Source: Lepidodermella squamata (Eukaryota > Animalia > Gastrotricha). From it: a DNA stretch of 64,000 nucleotides. Shown here piece after piece: positions 47,152-61,267 of the stretch. The notes beneath the pieces are model-generated. The model was given only the letters and a program-made list of their open reading frames with translations, was not told where the DNA came from and searched no databases. Each line of letters begins with the position of its first letter. The first letter of the stretch is position 1. A program made the position numbers and the translations under genes. The DNA lies in the NCBI GenBank assembly GCA_047495785.1, contig JBLDXI010000011.1:1550001-1614000 (forward strand). Reading direction: 5' to 3'.

Positions 47152-47983
47152 TTTCCGAATTAAAAAAAACCGGCTACTATCTATCTAACTGTGACTTTTA
47201 TTCATGCAATGTAAGCGAGCTGACGATGAAGACTCACGCAAGAACGTAACATATTAAATATGGATGGCAAATATTGTGGCGCTATTGTTTATACGCAGCT
47301 TGTGTGTGTATGTATGGATGGATATCGTGCGCACGTCGTACGTGTCAACGCCACTAAATTGTCGCCTGCCGGCGAACAATGACCGTAAGATGCTTTTCTA
47401 CTATCATTACACATCATCAGCGTACAGGCACGTGGGCCGCTGCTGATACAAAGTAACAGTGCAACTTTTGTATCTAAGCAGATCAAGCAGATATAGGGAC
47501 CTACTGTATATGTGTTGTATGTACTCTCGGCGTCTTTTAGGCCCAAGTGTGGCGCCGCGCGTTTAGAAAGCGTGCCAAATGGATTCCCGGTGTCGCGAGG
47601 TATCTACTCTCTAGGCATATAGGTATACAGCGCCGGGCAAAATAATGAAGTCGCGACTGCTGAATTGAGACCGCACTTATACAGAGCGCATGCGTGAGAG
47701 ATTCGCGCGAGTAAACAAACAAACATATGGAAATCACGGGAACCAGTTACACGCCCAATTTCCTGAGGTCAACAACCCTATCCCACAGCCGAATTCCCGC
47801 TTTCCAGGCCAGTTTTTCTATAGGTGTGAAGTATAACCATCCTATACGCCAAAGTGCATATTTCCAACATTTTCAGCTCCCTTAAAGCACACAGTGATAT
47901 TTTCAACCTTTAAGTGAGTTTTCTACTCAAGTGATGTTTCTAGATTTTGCGAAAATAATAACCAAAGCAAACTACTAATACAG

Positions 47984-50891
47984 CTAGTTTCCGCATTCCC
48001 ATGCTGCAATACCTCTGTACTGGTAGTGATAAATCGGCTTCTGGCGATGTCGCCCGATTGCTGAGTGGTGAATGCTGGGATAATTATCCACAGCATCACC
48101 ACCAGGCGGCTTCTGATCAGCGGCACCTCGTGGTAAGGCGTTAACAACTGTTCTATGGGGAATTTCAGGACCTTTTGCGTTTGCTATAGGGTTTCGGGTG
48201 AGACCAAGCAAAAAACGATTAGCAAAGCCCCGTATTTAACTGAATTTACGCCTAGTTTCAAGACTTACCGGCATAGCTAGTATCCACCGTAATTGATAGC
48301 GAGTATTTTCTGTACAGCTTCAGATCATCGAATTGGTAAGACTCGCCAACGCTGATTTGTTGGCGTTGGTCGTAGAGCACGTAGTACATGAGGGCGAAAG
48401 CTGGGTCGCCAGATACCGGATCATAAGCGACCATATTATCGTCGGGTTCGTTCATAAAACCGAGGTAGTCGAAGTCAGAAACGTTGAAGCGCTCTTGTGG
48501 CGAGAGGTACAGCGTAACTGGGCCCTCTTTTACCGGAACATATGCCTTCTCAGCGATCAGTTCGAACAGGTTCTTCTTCTCACGGAATTGCTTCCGTCTC
48601 CACACCTAAAAATCAATTTGCATGTTGAATATTCACCCCTCATTAGCATATTCAAATTTCTAAAAAATTTGCATATTCAATAAATTGATCTAAATGGTCA
48701 ATAATTAGTAATCTAAATATTCCGGAGTATGCTAACTAGGCTAATTTATCCTAATTTACATATTCAACCCTCATTTGCATATTCAAAATTCCAATGCGTA
48801 TGCAAATGAATCTTTGCAAGGAATAAAAAATTCAAATTCGTCGAAAATAGTAAAATCAATGCTAATTTACATATTCAAATAATTTGTGTGCATAAATTTG
48901 CATATTCACGCAATTTTAGCATATTCAAGCGAAAATAGGGAAATATAGGGAAACCAACCTGGAATCGGACTCCTTTGCCATCGACGCCCGACCGGGTGAA
49001 ATAAGCGCTGAAAGCGAGGACAAGGCCGTGTTTAACGCGAACACTGTCCATCAGGTAGATGCGGCGATGCGAGCCGGCTTGTGAGCCATTTCGCTTCTCC
49101 ATACCGTTACCAATAGTCACGACACCTTCACGAGGGTCGAGGAATAAGGTTTCATTGGTTTCAGTCTCAGCATCCGGAACTGGGGTGGTCACAATAGCCA
49201 CAGATGGGATCTAAAACAAGCAATATAGGAAAGCTTTAAAAATCCCATAGAAAACGTTTTCAAAGCTTTTGATACTACTCGTCTACAGGCGTAATATTTA
49301 ACATTAAGGAAGATTAAACAAAATGTACTGTAAAAAAGTCCCCATTTTTTGAAAGGTCCATGCAATTACCAAAATGCTATGTATCCACGTATGTAACAAC
49401 AATACCAAAGCTGTTGTTGAACTACCCATCTAAAGGTGTTTTTGTCATGCGACATGTTTACTACCTACCTGTTTCGCAACGTGTGCTTTCTGTGAGAACC
49501 CATGGCTAATCGCCGATGGGTAGTTAAACTCCTCCACCTGGCTGACTTGCTGCTGATTTGTCTGTTGTGGTGTTAGGGATTTGGTGGCATGTGAGCTTTG
49601 AGCTGTTGCCAAAGCCTGATAATTTTTCCGTGAAGTTTTAGTAATGTATTCGAAATTTTTTGAAATTTTCAAAATTCATTAGGGGAGAAAATGGGCCAAA
49701 GCAAAAAACACGTGATGTTAATCTCAATGTGTGTAGAAAGTGTAGTAGGTCTCACGATGACTGAGATTAATCTGCATTTTTCATTTTAACTTCAAATTTG
49801 AAACAAACTTACGGTAGCGCATTTCTGACGTTCCAGGAGGGACTGGGCATTTGCTGAAAATAGGAAAAAAATAGTTGTTTAAAGTTTCTTTCCGATTTTT
49901 ATCGTTTTAGAAATTCCAGAAAATTTGTAAAAATTCAGAAAAAATTAAAAAATTATTTTCGGCATTGAAAATTATCAAGTCACATTTTTCTATCAATTTT
50001 CAAATTTTAGCTGAATTTTTCTCCCAATTTCCTGAATAATTTTTGGGATTTTTAGACAATTTTTAATGTTTTACTTACCTCGTTTTGTCTCAAGATCCGA
50101 GCTTGTATCAACAATCGCACCGATTGAAATATTGCTCGAAACTTGCAAATTGCCGAAACGACGCGATTCGTACATTTTCAACGAATTGCTCGTCACATAG
50201 TTGTCATAGATCGTAAATTCACGCTCATCAGCGCGCCGTTCCAGCATGCGGTCATCGAAAGACCACACCAAACTAGCGCCTGATTCAATGTAGACACCCA
50301 ACACGTCACCGTCTTCAACGTCGAAATTCTCTTCGGGGCGAAGGACAACAGTGTGGACGGCGGATTCGCAGCCTTCTTTCGAGCCTAGCATAGCTGGGTT
50401 GTACTGCTTGTTGAAGAGAAGCGTGTAAATTATGTTTGGGACATCATCTCGAGTCGACCCGGATGGGCGCCAGATTTGAAAGAAAAGCGACTCGGATTTA
50501 CCGGCATCGCGTAAGTAAGCCTGAAAATTTATAAAATTAATTTAAAAAATGTCACTGAAAAAAATTAAAAATTCAGATATTTTTTTTAAATCTCAGCGAA
50601 CATATAAAAAAATTATTTGGAATATTTAGAAAAATTCTAAAATTTTTTGAAAATTTTTGAAAAAATGAAAGAATTCATTTTTACCTGGAAAGCAGCGATT
50701 GTTCCGTTTCGAAGTTGGCAACTCGTGCATAAAATGACACGTTTTCCTTCCCAGTACGTATTAGGCCGGTCGATCAAGCCGCTGTTAACGAAATATAGCG
50801 ATCGAGGCGCATCGTAAAGCGTCTGAAGGCCGAACAACGATGGCACGCAACACGCCGTGACGAGAAAAACCGCGAAAATTGACAAATTCAT
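47984..50891 (-). CDS. Secreted protein (~492 aa) with two repeats of an uncharacterised 'G..AF.AY...FQ(I/V)WR' domain; exons 50891-50685, 50520-50079, 49853-49813, 49210-48959, 48605-48269, 48183-47984
   Basis: Signal peptide and consistent splice phases (0,1,0,0,1). The two repeats share FQIWRP/FQVWRR, L.PEE.F.V.D.D.LG and SI...VDTS. Confidence 0.78.
48615..48930. promoter_or_regulatory. Intronic cluster of octamer (ATTTGCAT/ATGCAAAT) motifs
   Basis: Five perfect octamers plus several ATTAGCAT/ATTTACAT variants, mostly followed by ATTCA, within ~320 bp. Confidence 0.45.
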
Positions 50892-53800
50892 ATCGCAAAA
50901 TTGCAACTTTTATTCCGATTGATTGCTTTTTTTGTTAAATTAAATAAAATTGACCAGACCGCGATTGCGCTGGAAAACCGCTGTCATTCCCAGCCCTAGA
51001 AAATTAAAAAAAAAAATTTAAATTTAAGAAAAATTGTCCAAAAATATTTTATGAAAAGCACAAAGAAAATGTTTCAGTTGTGTGCAATTTTTCATTTTTT
51101 CTTAGGTACAGTAATTTTATATAGAAACGCGCAGTTATTACGTTAACCTATAGCGAGCGCGGGCTATTGACTGTTGTTAGAAAATGTGAATGAGCGCGCG
51201 AGAGTTGGTGACTTGACAATTACTTAACTAGCAAAAGGCAATCCCACGCGCACTGCTATATTGTATGCTTTTTGAAACGCAAATAATTTATATGAAAAAT
51301 AATTTATATATATAAAATGAAACAATAACAACAAAATTGATGAAGTGGGTCGTGTTAATGACGAGGCCGGCTTTCACATTTCAGACCGCGGCCTTTTCTC
51401 ATTAATGAAAATTAAAACGTGATCGTGATTCAAGGCGTTTCGACTGTTTTTAAGATAGAGCCTGGTGGTGGTAATAATGCAAGGTGACTAAACAGGGCGG
51501 GGTCCTTCTTTTTTAGCCGGCCGGAGAAGAAAATGCCAATTATATGCGCCATAATTACGAACAATGGATGTTTATTTTTATACGCAAGGTTAGGAATTCG
51601 CGTGACGTTAATAATCAAAACAATGAATACGCGCATGATTTATCGTAATATGATACTATAAAAAAATCGCCTTAAATTATAGCACAGCATTACATAAATT
51701 CGTAAAAATTCGAAATAAGATGAGGAAATCATAAATTATTGTAAAATAAGGCGTAACCAGATTTATTAATAGAAAAATTAACGGAGCGCAAAAAAATAAA
51801 TGTTCGGAACTAATTTCAGGGTGTAGGTTTGAGCGGAAGTAAATTTGCCCATTTTGACGCCAAATTTTACTTCAACGGAAAAACTTTAAAGCTAATTGCC
51901 AATCTTATGTTAAAATAGTTTCACTTTAGGACTAATTTTTTTTTTAATTTTTTGAATAATTTTGATTACAGATGATCGGATCTTACTTATAATAGAAATC
52001 ACGGAGAATTTTGTAGTAATTAATTTGTATTTTTCTACAAATTTAGAAACGGGGGAATCAAGCTAATTCGGTTCCGCTGTCTTACTTACGACCATTGTAA
52101 TTTCAGGCAATATTTCTAAATTTTAGGAGAAAATACCAAGATAAAAATTGACTAAATAAACAATTATTCCTATTAAAAATCCTTATACTCGCACAGCAAC
52201 TAATTATTTGCGCTATTGTAATTCTTCTAGATTCTAAATTTTCCGAGTTATGGGAGAAAATTTGGGAGAACGGGTCGAATAACTCAAAAAAATGTGAAGT
52301 GAAGAAATAACGCCTGTAACCAATGAATTTCTCAGAATTGTGTGTATTCGCTTGCCGTTATGAAAAATCTAGAAAAATGTCCCCAAAAATCGAAAAAATA
52401 TGAAAATATTCCTATAAAATTGTGTAGCCGACGAGGGAAATTTGTGAAAAAAAATCATAGGAATATACTCCTAAGCAAAGGCTGATAGATCACCGTGCGA
52501 ATTCACCTCAACAGCTTTCCTAATTAAGGCGGCTTTTTACTAAAGCGTAGACCCATCTCGTAGCGAAATTGTACTGCGTACAAAGGATAGGAAAATGCGT
52601 GACCCTGAAATTCCGAAAAAATTGAAATGGGAAACAACCACGAAAATAAATGATTAAAAATCTTGAAAATTTAGTGATGAAAATATTTAATAGGCATTAG
52701 GTTTCCTAAGAGAAATACAATAGGCTATTGTAGAAAATGATAACAATAGGCAAAATCGGACACCGGAATTTTTCTACGCCCATTCCTGCTTGCGCGCTAG
52801 ACAGTCAAAGGCGGGCGGGCTAACTTCCGGCAGACCGACCGGTGGTAGCGGCGGCGGCGACGCGGCGGCCCCACTGCATAAGAAGATGAGGCCACCTTAA
52901 AAACGCAGGTAGGTAGCGAGCGCACTCGACTAGAGACGCGTACCCGTCAGGCGGGTGAACACACGCACAGTAATAGCGGCCGCCCTCTTTTTCTCATGTA
53001 ATTGGACTGCGGCGGATTGAAGCTGCTGCTCTATAAGGAATCTCTTGTCGTGTAGTCGAGTAGCCGTAGTCGAGTAATGGCCGGCCTCATCGTCTAGCAA
53101 ACAAGCTGGACGGACGGCGAAGAAGAACTGTCGCACGGCTCCGCCTGAGCTAAAATGGCGGCGCACTACTATATTCTCGAGTAATATAACGTCTTTAGAA
53201 TATACCTAAGCAGCAGCGGCCGCATACAAACAAGCCGCCGCCGTTGCTGCTGCTGCTGCTGAACTCGGCCGCTCTAATAATAGCTGGTTTCTTCATCGGG
53301 GACGATCACCGAGCGACAACTATTATTATTATTATTATTACTGTTATATATCTTGAGCTTTCGTGAGGTTTCGTTTGTTTATGCCAGGTAAACACATATA
53401 CAACCAGCATCAGTGTCCCCGTTTATTACTCGCCTGCCTTAATAATATTAGTTTCATCGCACTGTGTGTTAGATATGCGACGCGAAAACAGCCCCGGCTA
53501 GTGTGAATTCTTGCTTCACAGAGATTAATAAACAGGAAATTTTTGCTATGAAACGATAGTATAAAGCAAAGCGCGTGTTTGCCATGTGCGTATAATAACT
53601 TGATATTATTATTATTATTATACATTGCAAATAACAATACTATACACTAGTATTTTAAGGCGGATTTTCTTAAACAAATTTTCGACATTTTTGCGCTGTG
53701 TGTGTGTAATAAAAATTATTTTATTATTATTCAAGGAAGCGTTTTGTTGCAAAAACATGCGATTGCGGACAATTAAATATGCATTATATACCCTTTGTTT

Positions 53801-54781
53801 TGCTTTTCGGCTTCAAATTATCATTATTAAGACGGTACTTTGTTTGTGAAAAATTGAGCATTTTCAAGTGTTTCATCGAACAATGTAAACGAGTGGGCAA
53901 TTAAACCTCGGATATGTCAAGTGGGTGCTAGCAGCTTTTCACAAAAATTGATCACGCGATTTTAAGAGCGGAAAACAAGTCTCAGCAGGATTTCCATTAT
54001 TTGCTTATTCAGTTATTCATGAAAATTTACAAAAAATATCAAGAAATAATAGAAAATAGGGCACCGTTTAGAAAGTTGACTATAAAGCGTGTCCTATAAA
54101 CTGCGCAGCCATTTTCTCATTTTGCAGCATTTTTGGAAAAATTCAAAATGTATTCATTTTTAGGAAAATTTGGTTAGATGAAACAGACATAGACGAAAAA
54201 AACAATTTTACCCGGGAAAACCCGATGGTAACTGGTTCGGTATTTTCAGGTTTCACCCGGAAAATAAATTACTTTATTTTCATTTTTTATTTACGCTGAT
54301 TTTTTCAAAATAAGCTGACCCCATTTTCGCCAGTTTTTCCTCAAAAATCCAGCTCAAAAACTGTAAATCTGAGAGAATAAAATTTAACATATTTTGAAAC
54401 TCACCATTTTCTGTAACTCGATCTCCTCTTTCACATTCCTTCAGCTCGGTAATAAATAACTTCATGAAAAATAAATTAAATTAAATTAAAAAATAAAATT
54501 GAATAAAAAGCCATATTTTTGTAAGAAATCACTTGGTTTTTTTTTCGTTTATTCCAACTTGTTCATCACTCTAAATATCACGCAGTATAAAAAAGAACGA
54601 TCCAATAAACACAATCGACGACAAATTGGCGTTGGCGGCTATAATAATAAGATTATCAATATTACAAAGAAGAACCGGCGAAAAAATCACGCATGGCAGT
54701 CGGTGATTTTTTCAGCAGAATTTGAAAGAAGCCGAGGTTTCGAGAAAAAGAAAAAACAATTCACGCATAAAATGGCGACAA

Positions 54782-57700
54782 TCAACCGCGACGGGCTCTT
54801 TTAGGCGGTGATTTAAAATCAGAATCAACACTCATCGATTCGCTAGAACCATCGTCGCCGCTATTTTGCTCGTCACCAGATTCTTCATTTTCACTTGAAT
54901 TTGAACCATCATCAGAGTCGGAATTTGTTGAAGTTTCCTCCTCTTCTTCTTCTTCGCTTGATTCAACCTCAGGCTCGGCTGGCCGTTGCCGGGTTTGCCG
55001 CATTTGCCGCGGGTTGATTGGCGCGATTTCGGATGAATCATCGCTGGAAGACGCGTTTTCTTCTTCTTCCTCCATGAAAGTTGGCACCTTGATGCGGCGA
55101 TGTTTGACGGCTGATGAAGATGGACCGGGCGGGATCGGGGAGGCGACTTTAATGCTCGCCGAAGATTTTCCGCCACCCAGTTTCGGCACAGGCAACGATT
55201 TTCCGCCGACAGCCGGGCTATTTCGGGCTAAAATATCAACAAAAATAACAATTTTTAGAATTTTTCAAAAAATGAATTTTAGATGGCTGATTGCGGTGTC
55301 AATAATAAGTCGGTGACGCATGGCCGACTGTTGGACAGAATTGTTATGTGAAGTGGCCTGACGAACGAAATCTGCAATTCGAGTCGAAGTTGGTGCAAAC
55401 AGAATTACACGAAAACTCATCCAGAATAGTCGAAGGTCTATATTCCACGGGTCAATAATTGCCTCGAGAACATTCAATTCCCATCGGACAACGTCTACAA
55501 TCTGCTATCGGTCTTCAATCCCAAGTTCGGAGATTTACGAAAAATTTAATTAGCTTATTCGTTGTGGGCGTGTTTGCGCGTTTAGAGGACGATCTTTAGG
55601 CGCGAAGTGGGCAAAACTTTCCTAAATCTTTCCTAACTTATCCTAGGTTTTGATGCCTTTTCTAAGCCACCTCTCCTTGTCCTAACAGAGTTGGAGTTTA
55701 CAATGCTGAATCTTTTTAGGATAGATTTTTGCGCTCTATATTGATGGTAGCTGCTGCGACTCTTGAGGTCAAATGCCTTTAATCGATGCGGGGCCATTCG
55801 ATTTTGCGGCTAATTGGAGATTCGAAACCAGGACCTGTCTGTGGGGAAGTCGTTATCGACGGTAAAAGGACGAAGAAAACTATCGATTGCCCGGTCAAGA
55901 GGCCTGAATGTGAGGTCGATTTTCGCCGAACTCATTCCTATTTCCATCAGGTACTGTACTGCACTGGTCGAAGCCTCGGCAACATCATTCTCTGGTGTGA
56001 TGTGGATTGGATCGTCATTCAGGTACCTCGCGATGATCGAATATGGACAATGTGATCAATTTTTATTGGAAACACTATATTCCAGCCATGTTTGATGACA
56101 TCATCAAGTATTCATTTAACTATTTGTACTGATTGCTGCTCACGAAGCTCAATGTCATGATTTAAAATACTTTCTTATTTTTATGAAGCTCAATCTAATC
56201 TAATTTCTATGCAATTGTTATCATTTAATTTTTCTCGTTCAACTGATTTCGAAACGACAAATTTCTCAGTAACTGTTATTGCTTTTTTAACAGGCTCTGG
56301 CTTCAAACAATTGCTCGGAGAAGATCCTGAGAACCGGCGAACTAATTGCGCTAATTGTAAGAATCACAAGAAACGCGTCATGACGAAAACTACTGCGCTG
56401 TTTGTCTTGTTCCTCTGTGTATCAATTGCTACATCCACACCAAATTTCGTGAAGTTTTCGGAATTTTTTTTGTTGACTAATCTTGCTCTTTAAAAATATT
56501 GCAAGGATGTGAGGCGGTAGATTGAAACACGGCGAATTCAATGGTGAATCGGAGTTGCCAGAAAATCGATAACCAATAATCAATAATCGATAATCACTGA
56601 TTTTTTAGCTAATAAAGAGTTTTTCGCGATTTTTGACTCGAAATTCGTATTTTTCAGGTGCCAAATGACATAGATGACACGAAGTCATGAACTTTAGGCA
56701 TTCACTCAACGGGGAAAAAAATCGTAAAAAAGTGATACTTCTGCATACGCAAATACGCGTATAAGGTAAATTTCTGCAAATTTTTATTTACGCAAATGTG
56801 CGTATGTGGTACGTAGAGTGTTAATCATCGTTCAATGGATTTGAATGTAAATGTGAATGTGGCATATTGGATGGCGAATGTGTATGAAAAGATCTACAAA
56901 ACACCTGAAATAAATAAGGATATTAATAATAAATCAACTACCTAAATGAGAAATTATGACTAAGACAACGCTAAGGAGAGCTGAGTGGCGAGAATACGCA
57001 TTTAAAACAGTTCCCTATTCTAATGCCACCTTCGAACAGTGACAAGAATTAGTGAAAATCTTAAAGCCAAGATAATCTTCTATCTGAAGATATAAAAATC
57101 TCGCCAATGTGATGCAGGTTAGCGTCAAAATTGGCGGAATTTGGCGCCGTTTCTTAGGAAAGATTTTGCACAGGCGCGCCAATAGTCGACCTCAAGTTCA
57201 ATTAAATAAATAAATATTCAAATTGTGCAGAAAAAATACTGAATTTAAATTTAACAAATAAATTAAAATTAAGCAGCCGTCAGTGAGGAAATCGCAAAAA
57301 ATCGCGAGAAAGTGCCGAATTTAAAGGCTCCTGACAGCTTCAGCTTCTGATTAGTTTGAACTCATGGTTAACGATGTCGATTTTTAGGCCAAAGTGTGGA
57401 TGATATTATTATATATCTGGATCTCTCTAAGGCTTTTAATACTGTGTCCATAATTTTACTCGGGGAGATCAATATTTGCGATTTGTGTAATATTATCTCT
57501 CTGATAGGTGCTCTCGTGAAATAATTATTGAACATTTTCAAGCCTTTTCCTCGATTAAAAATGTCAAAATTAAAAAATCCAAGTGCTTTAATTCAACTTT
57601 TGAACATTTCTAATTCAAGTCCGGAATTTTTTTATTTTTAAATTTCACGCTAGCAACTTGGCAAAGGGTCTTAATTTTGGTGTAACCCAAATTAATTAAT

Positions 57701-60271
57701 GAATAAATTCATTTTGTTATATTTTGTGGAATTTTACGAATAATTAAAAAAATCGATTTAAAGTATTAAATTTAATTAAAGATATTCTGTTGAATAAAAG
57801 CAAGAATTTGTTGTTACCTCTTGATGGTTTCGCGGCACTAGCCACCTTAACAGCAGCCGGGCTCGCTTTCGCTCGTTTATTCCCAGCCGATCCGGGCGGA
57901 CTTTTCAGGTCGAATTCACTCTTTAACCGATCGAAAATCGACCCAGGCGTTTTCTCCTCAGTCCTCGCGCCCAATTTGATCTTCAACCTCGGCGCAGTTG
58001 GCGGTTTAACCGGCGACGCTACCGGAATTTGAGGCTGTTGCTGCGGCTCCTTTCGAGGTGAAACAATCGCAGCAGTCCGAGCTGATGGCGATTTCGCGAG
58101 TCTCAACCGGATTTTATTCAATTTCGGATTCAAAACCGGCTGTTCGGCTGGTTTGTTTTTCGACGGCGAAACTTCAGTAGTCACAACGCGGTTCACTTTA
58201 GGCACGCCACTCGACGCCGGGGTATTACTACTACTACCACCCTCAGTTTTCAACGCGTCTCTGAACTTTTTCCGCTGAGATGCAATCAACTTTTTATCAT
58301 CATCAGTCACAACTTTCGCCAACTTTTCGTCAGGCAGCGAAGGGTAGACGCTTTCTAGGCCGAAAATTAGCCGCAAATCTTCAACGCTAGGCGACGCTCC
58401 AATCGCTGGCATCGGATCGCCGTCCATAAATAACCGCCGCCATGAAGAATTTGCGTCTTGCTCGGGTAATTTCTCGTAAATATCAGCCTCAGTTCGTAGC
58501 AGGGACCGTTTTTGTTTCTCGCGTCTCACGAGTAGGTAACACAAATTCCTCGCGCGTTCTAGATCTTGCCGTAGGACGATGAATCGGCGTAACGCAGCTA
58601 GAACTGGGTTATCGACGACGAATGGCAGGCGTTCTTTGTCGACAACGCAAGCTCGAACTGCGGAGAGTAACGGCCGATTGCCTAAGGAGCGGCGTTTCAT
58701 TTTCCAATATGAGAAAACCCATTCGCCGACTGCAACCGGCGTTTTTAGCCGTTCTGAAATTGTCGTGGCACCACTTGTTAGCTGGAAAAAATTCGCCTCA
58801 GCTTCTTCCGCTCTAAATAAAAATAAATATAATAATTTAAAATTTAAATTTAATTTTATTCTATTTTAATTTATTTTTCTCAAAATTTAAATAAAAAAGT
58901 CAAATTTCAAAACTCGTAAGAAATTACTTTGTTGCTTTAGCATTTAGCCCAGAAGCTAGGGCTGATCGATTTGCCTCGCGGCTAGCTTGAGTAGACCGGC
59001 CTTTTTCCGGAACGAGCTGATTGCCCTTATTCGGCGCATCTCCCCTAATTTGAGCTGTATGTTTCCGGCAATAAGCCTTCAACGTAACATCAGCACCGTC
59101 ATCACTGAGCAACTCTTGCATTTCGAGGTTGGTTTCAAACGCGCACGTGACGTGGAAAGCGGTTTTACAAGCACCAACTGCGCACTGAATAGCAGCGCCG
59201 TTTGATTGTTTGCAAATAGAACAGACTAAACTCCAACGAGATTCTGGAATTTTCGCGATGTTAATGATAGGCTCCATTTTATCTGGATCTCCAAATCCGA
59301 CCTCAGGCACCCAAATTGCACAGTTCACATGCGCCCATCTTGTTCCACTCCTATAAAATTCAAATTAACCGAAAAACAGCGAAAAATGTAAATTCTATAC
59401 TTTGTAGGCTTCAACGCTCCACTTTTCTTGTTGCAAAGGCAACAAACAGGTTGCAGCCCCAATGAACAGGGTCTGCAAAGCCAGGAGCTGTCTGGGATTT
59501 TCGGAATGCCGTAACAAGCCTGGTGAACGCAAATATCGCATCGATCGCAGAAAACCATTTCGTTATCTTCCTCGCCTTCGGGTGACCAACAAACATCGCA
59601 GACAATATCGTCTTCATCAGGGCTTGGCCCGTTTCCCAACCGTTTTGACATGTTTTGAAAGCACTCGATTTCCCACGCTTCGATGAAACGTTCGAAGGTA
59701 GCTATGTCCAACGGTTGTAAGCCGCATTCAACCATTTTAACGTTAAATAACCGCAACCACGCTGCATCTTGCTCATCGGCGTCATACTTGCAGGTATTCG
59801 TGTCTTCTGTGACTAGATGTTGCGTTAATTGGTGAACGATCGTGTCAAAACGCTCGTCTGCTTTGAAGTGGAGAAGTTTATCACGCGGTAGGGTGAAAGA
59901 TTGAGAGTGTAAAGCAAGAGAGAGATGGACAGGTTCGACAATAGGCACTGGAACGTCGTCCAGATTGACGGGAACTTGAACAGGTCGCTGCCATTCTTCC
60001 TTCCATTGATCTGTGACTTCGAAGTAATCTTCACGATCGACGTATTCACTGTCAGGCAGCTTCATCGCCGATATTAAATCCATCCTAAATAACTACATAT
60101 AGCGAAATTAATCATATTGATAACAATGTAGCTAATTCATACCTCCGCGGGCCGATCTTTGTCGCCCTGTTTGTCGGAAAACACAGCAGCTCGATATTCT
60201 GACTTCACCGGGTGGCTGTCATCGTCACAGCCGCCGCCACGACTTCGACTTGATTTTCCTTGTCTAGGCAT
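54782..60271 (-). CDS. JADE: JADE / rhinoceros family PZP (PHD-Zn knuckle-PHD) chromatin scaffold; exons 60271-60143, 60092-59401, 59350-58928, 58812-57818, 55227-54782
   Basis: FRMDLISAMKLPDS..WKEEWQRPVQVPV, PHD1 CDVC..EEDNEMVFCDRCDICVHQACYG, PHD2 WAHVNCAIWVPEV..MEPI..FHVTCAF, LRQDLERARNLCYL+.RREK. The last exon joins in frame across a 2.6-kb intron. Confidence 0.9.
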
Positions 60272-61267
60272 TATGTCATAAAGTAATTCAGCTATAGGAG
60301 GGAATAAAGCATAGGTAGAGGTTGAGCGAATTGAGCGAATTCCCGGAATGAGGGGCATGGCATAAATCATAAATCGACAAGCACCTTTAAGACTCTGGCC
60401 TATGAGATGGGTACAGAAAAAATGGTCCCAAACCTTACCTAAACAGCATTCGCTGTAGCCAATTGTCTAATAAGCTACGTCTGAACTTTTAGACAAGTTA
60501 TGGGCATTAAAATACCCTAGATGTTTCCGATGCATTTTTGAAATTGAATTCCCAAGGCTATTACAAGGTCGCAGCAATCATCCAATGAGAACGGGATAAA
60601 GAATAAAGAACGCGGTGCGGGCGGCGCTGGAGTTAACTGATACACCTGCAGCAACTGATACATCAGAATAAACATTAAGATCAACTAATCGGCGTGGCGA
60701 TCATTTACGGGTAGGACCTAGCGCCTGCTGCCGCCTGCTGTTGGCTGTAGCGAACTTGGAGCTGGCGGAAAGAATCAAACTTCAAACCCAAATTGAGTCT
60801 TGAGTCATGAAGATAACGACGGCTTTGCACCCAGTTCAGAGTTTAGCCGCTTCACAAAGCCCCAAATCAGCTTTCTTTGGGCTAAGAGAGAGGCACAAAG
60901 CCTTTCAAAAAGGTCACGTCAACGGGTAACTGATACCTTGTCTTGCCAGCTATCTCAAAAGTTGGTGGTTTTTTTCAAACTTCGCGATGATTGAAAACTT
61001 CGCGCCAAAACTATATTTCATTAAGTTTTCAACTATTTTTCTAATCGGAAATTGCTGAATGAAAAAATGTAACAAGTTGCTATAGATTAGAGCTGTTGAA
61101 CAAATATTTCATAAAATATGTTTTTTACAGTTTTGCTGTCCCTCACCTGACCAGTTCGCCGGCTTGGAGGTTTTGCCAAAAGCCAAGTTCTAACTCAGAA
61201 AATTCGAGATCTTGCGAGTAGCTTCGTCTATATTTAAAGTTCCGGTGACCCATTCGAAGCAACATAG

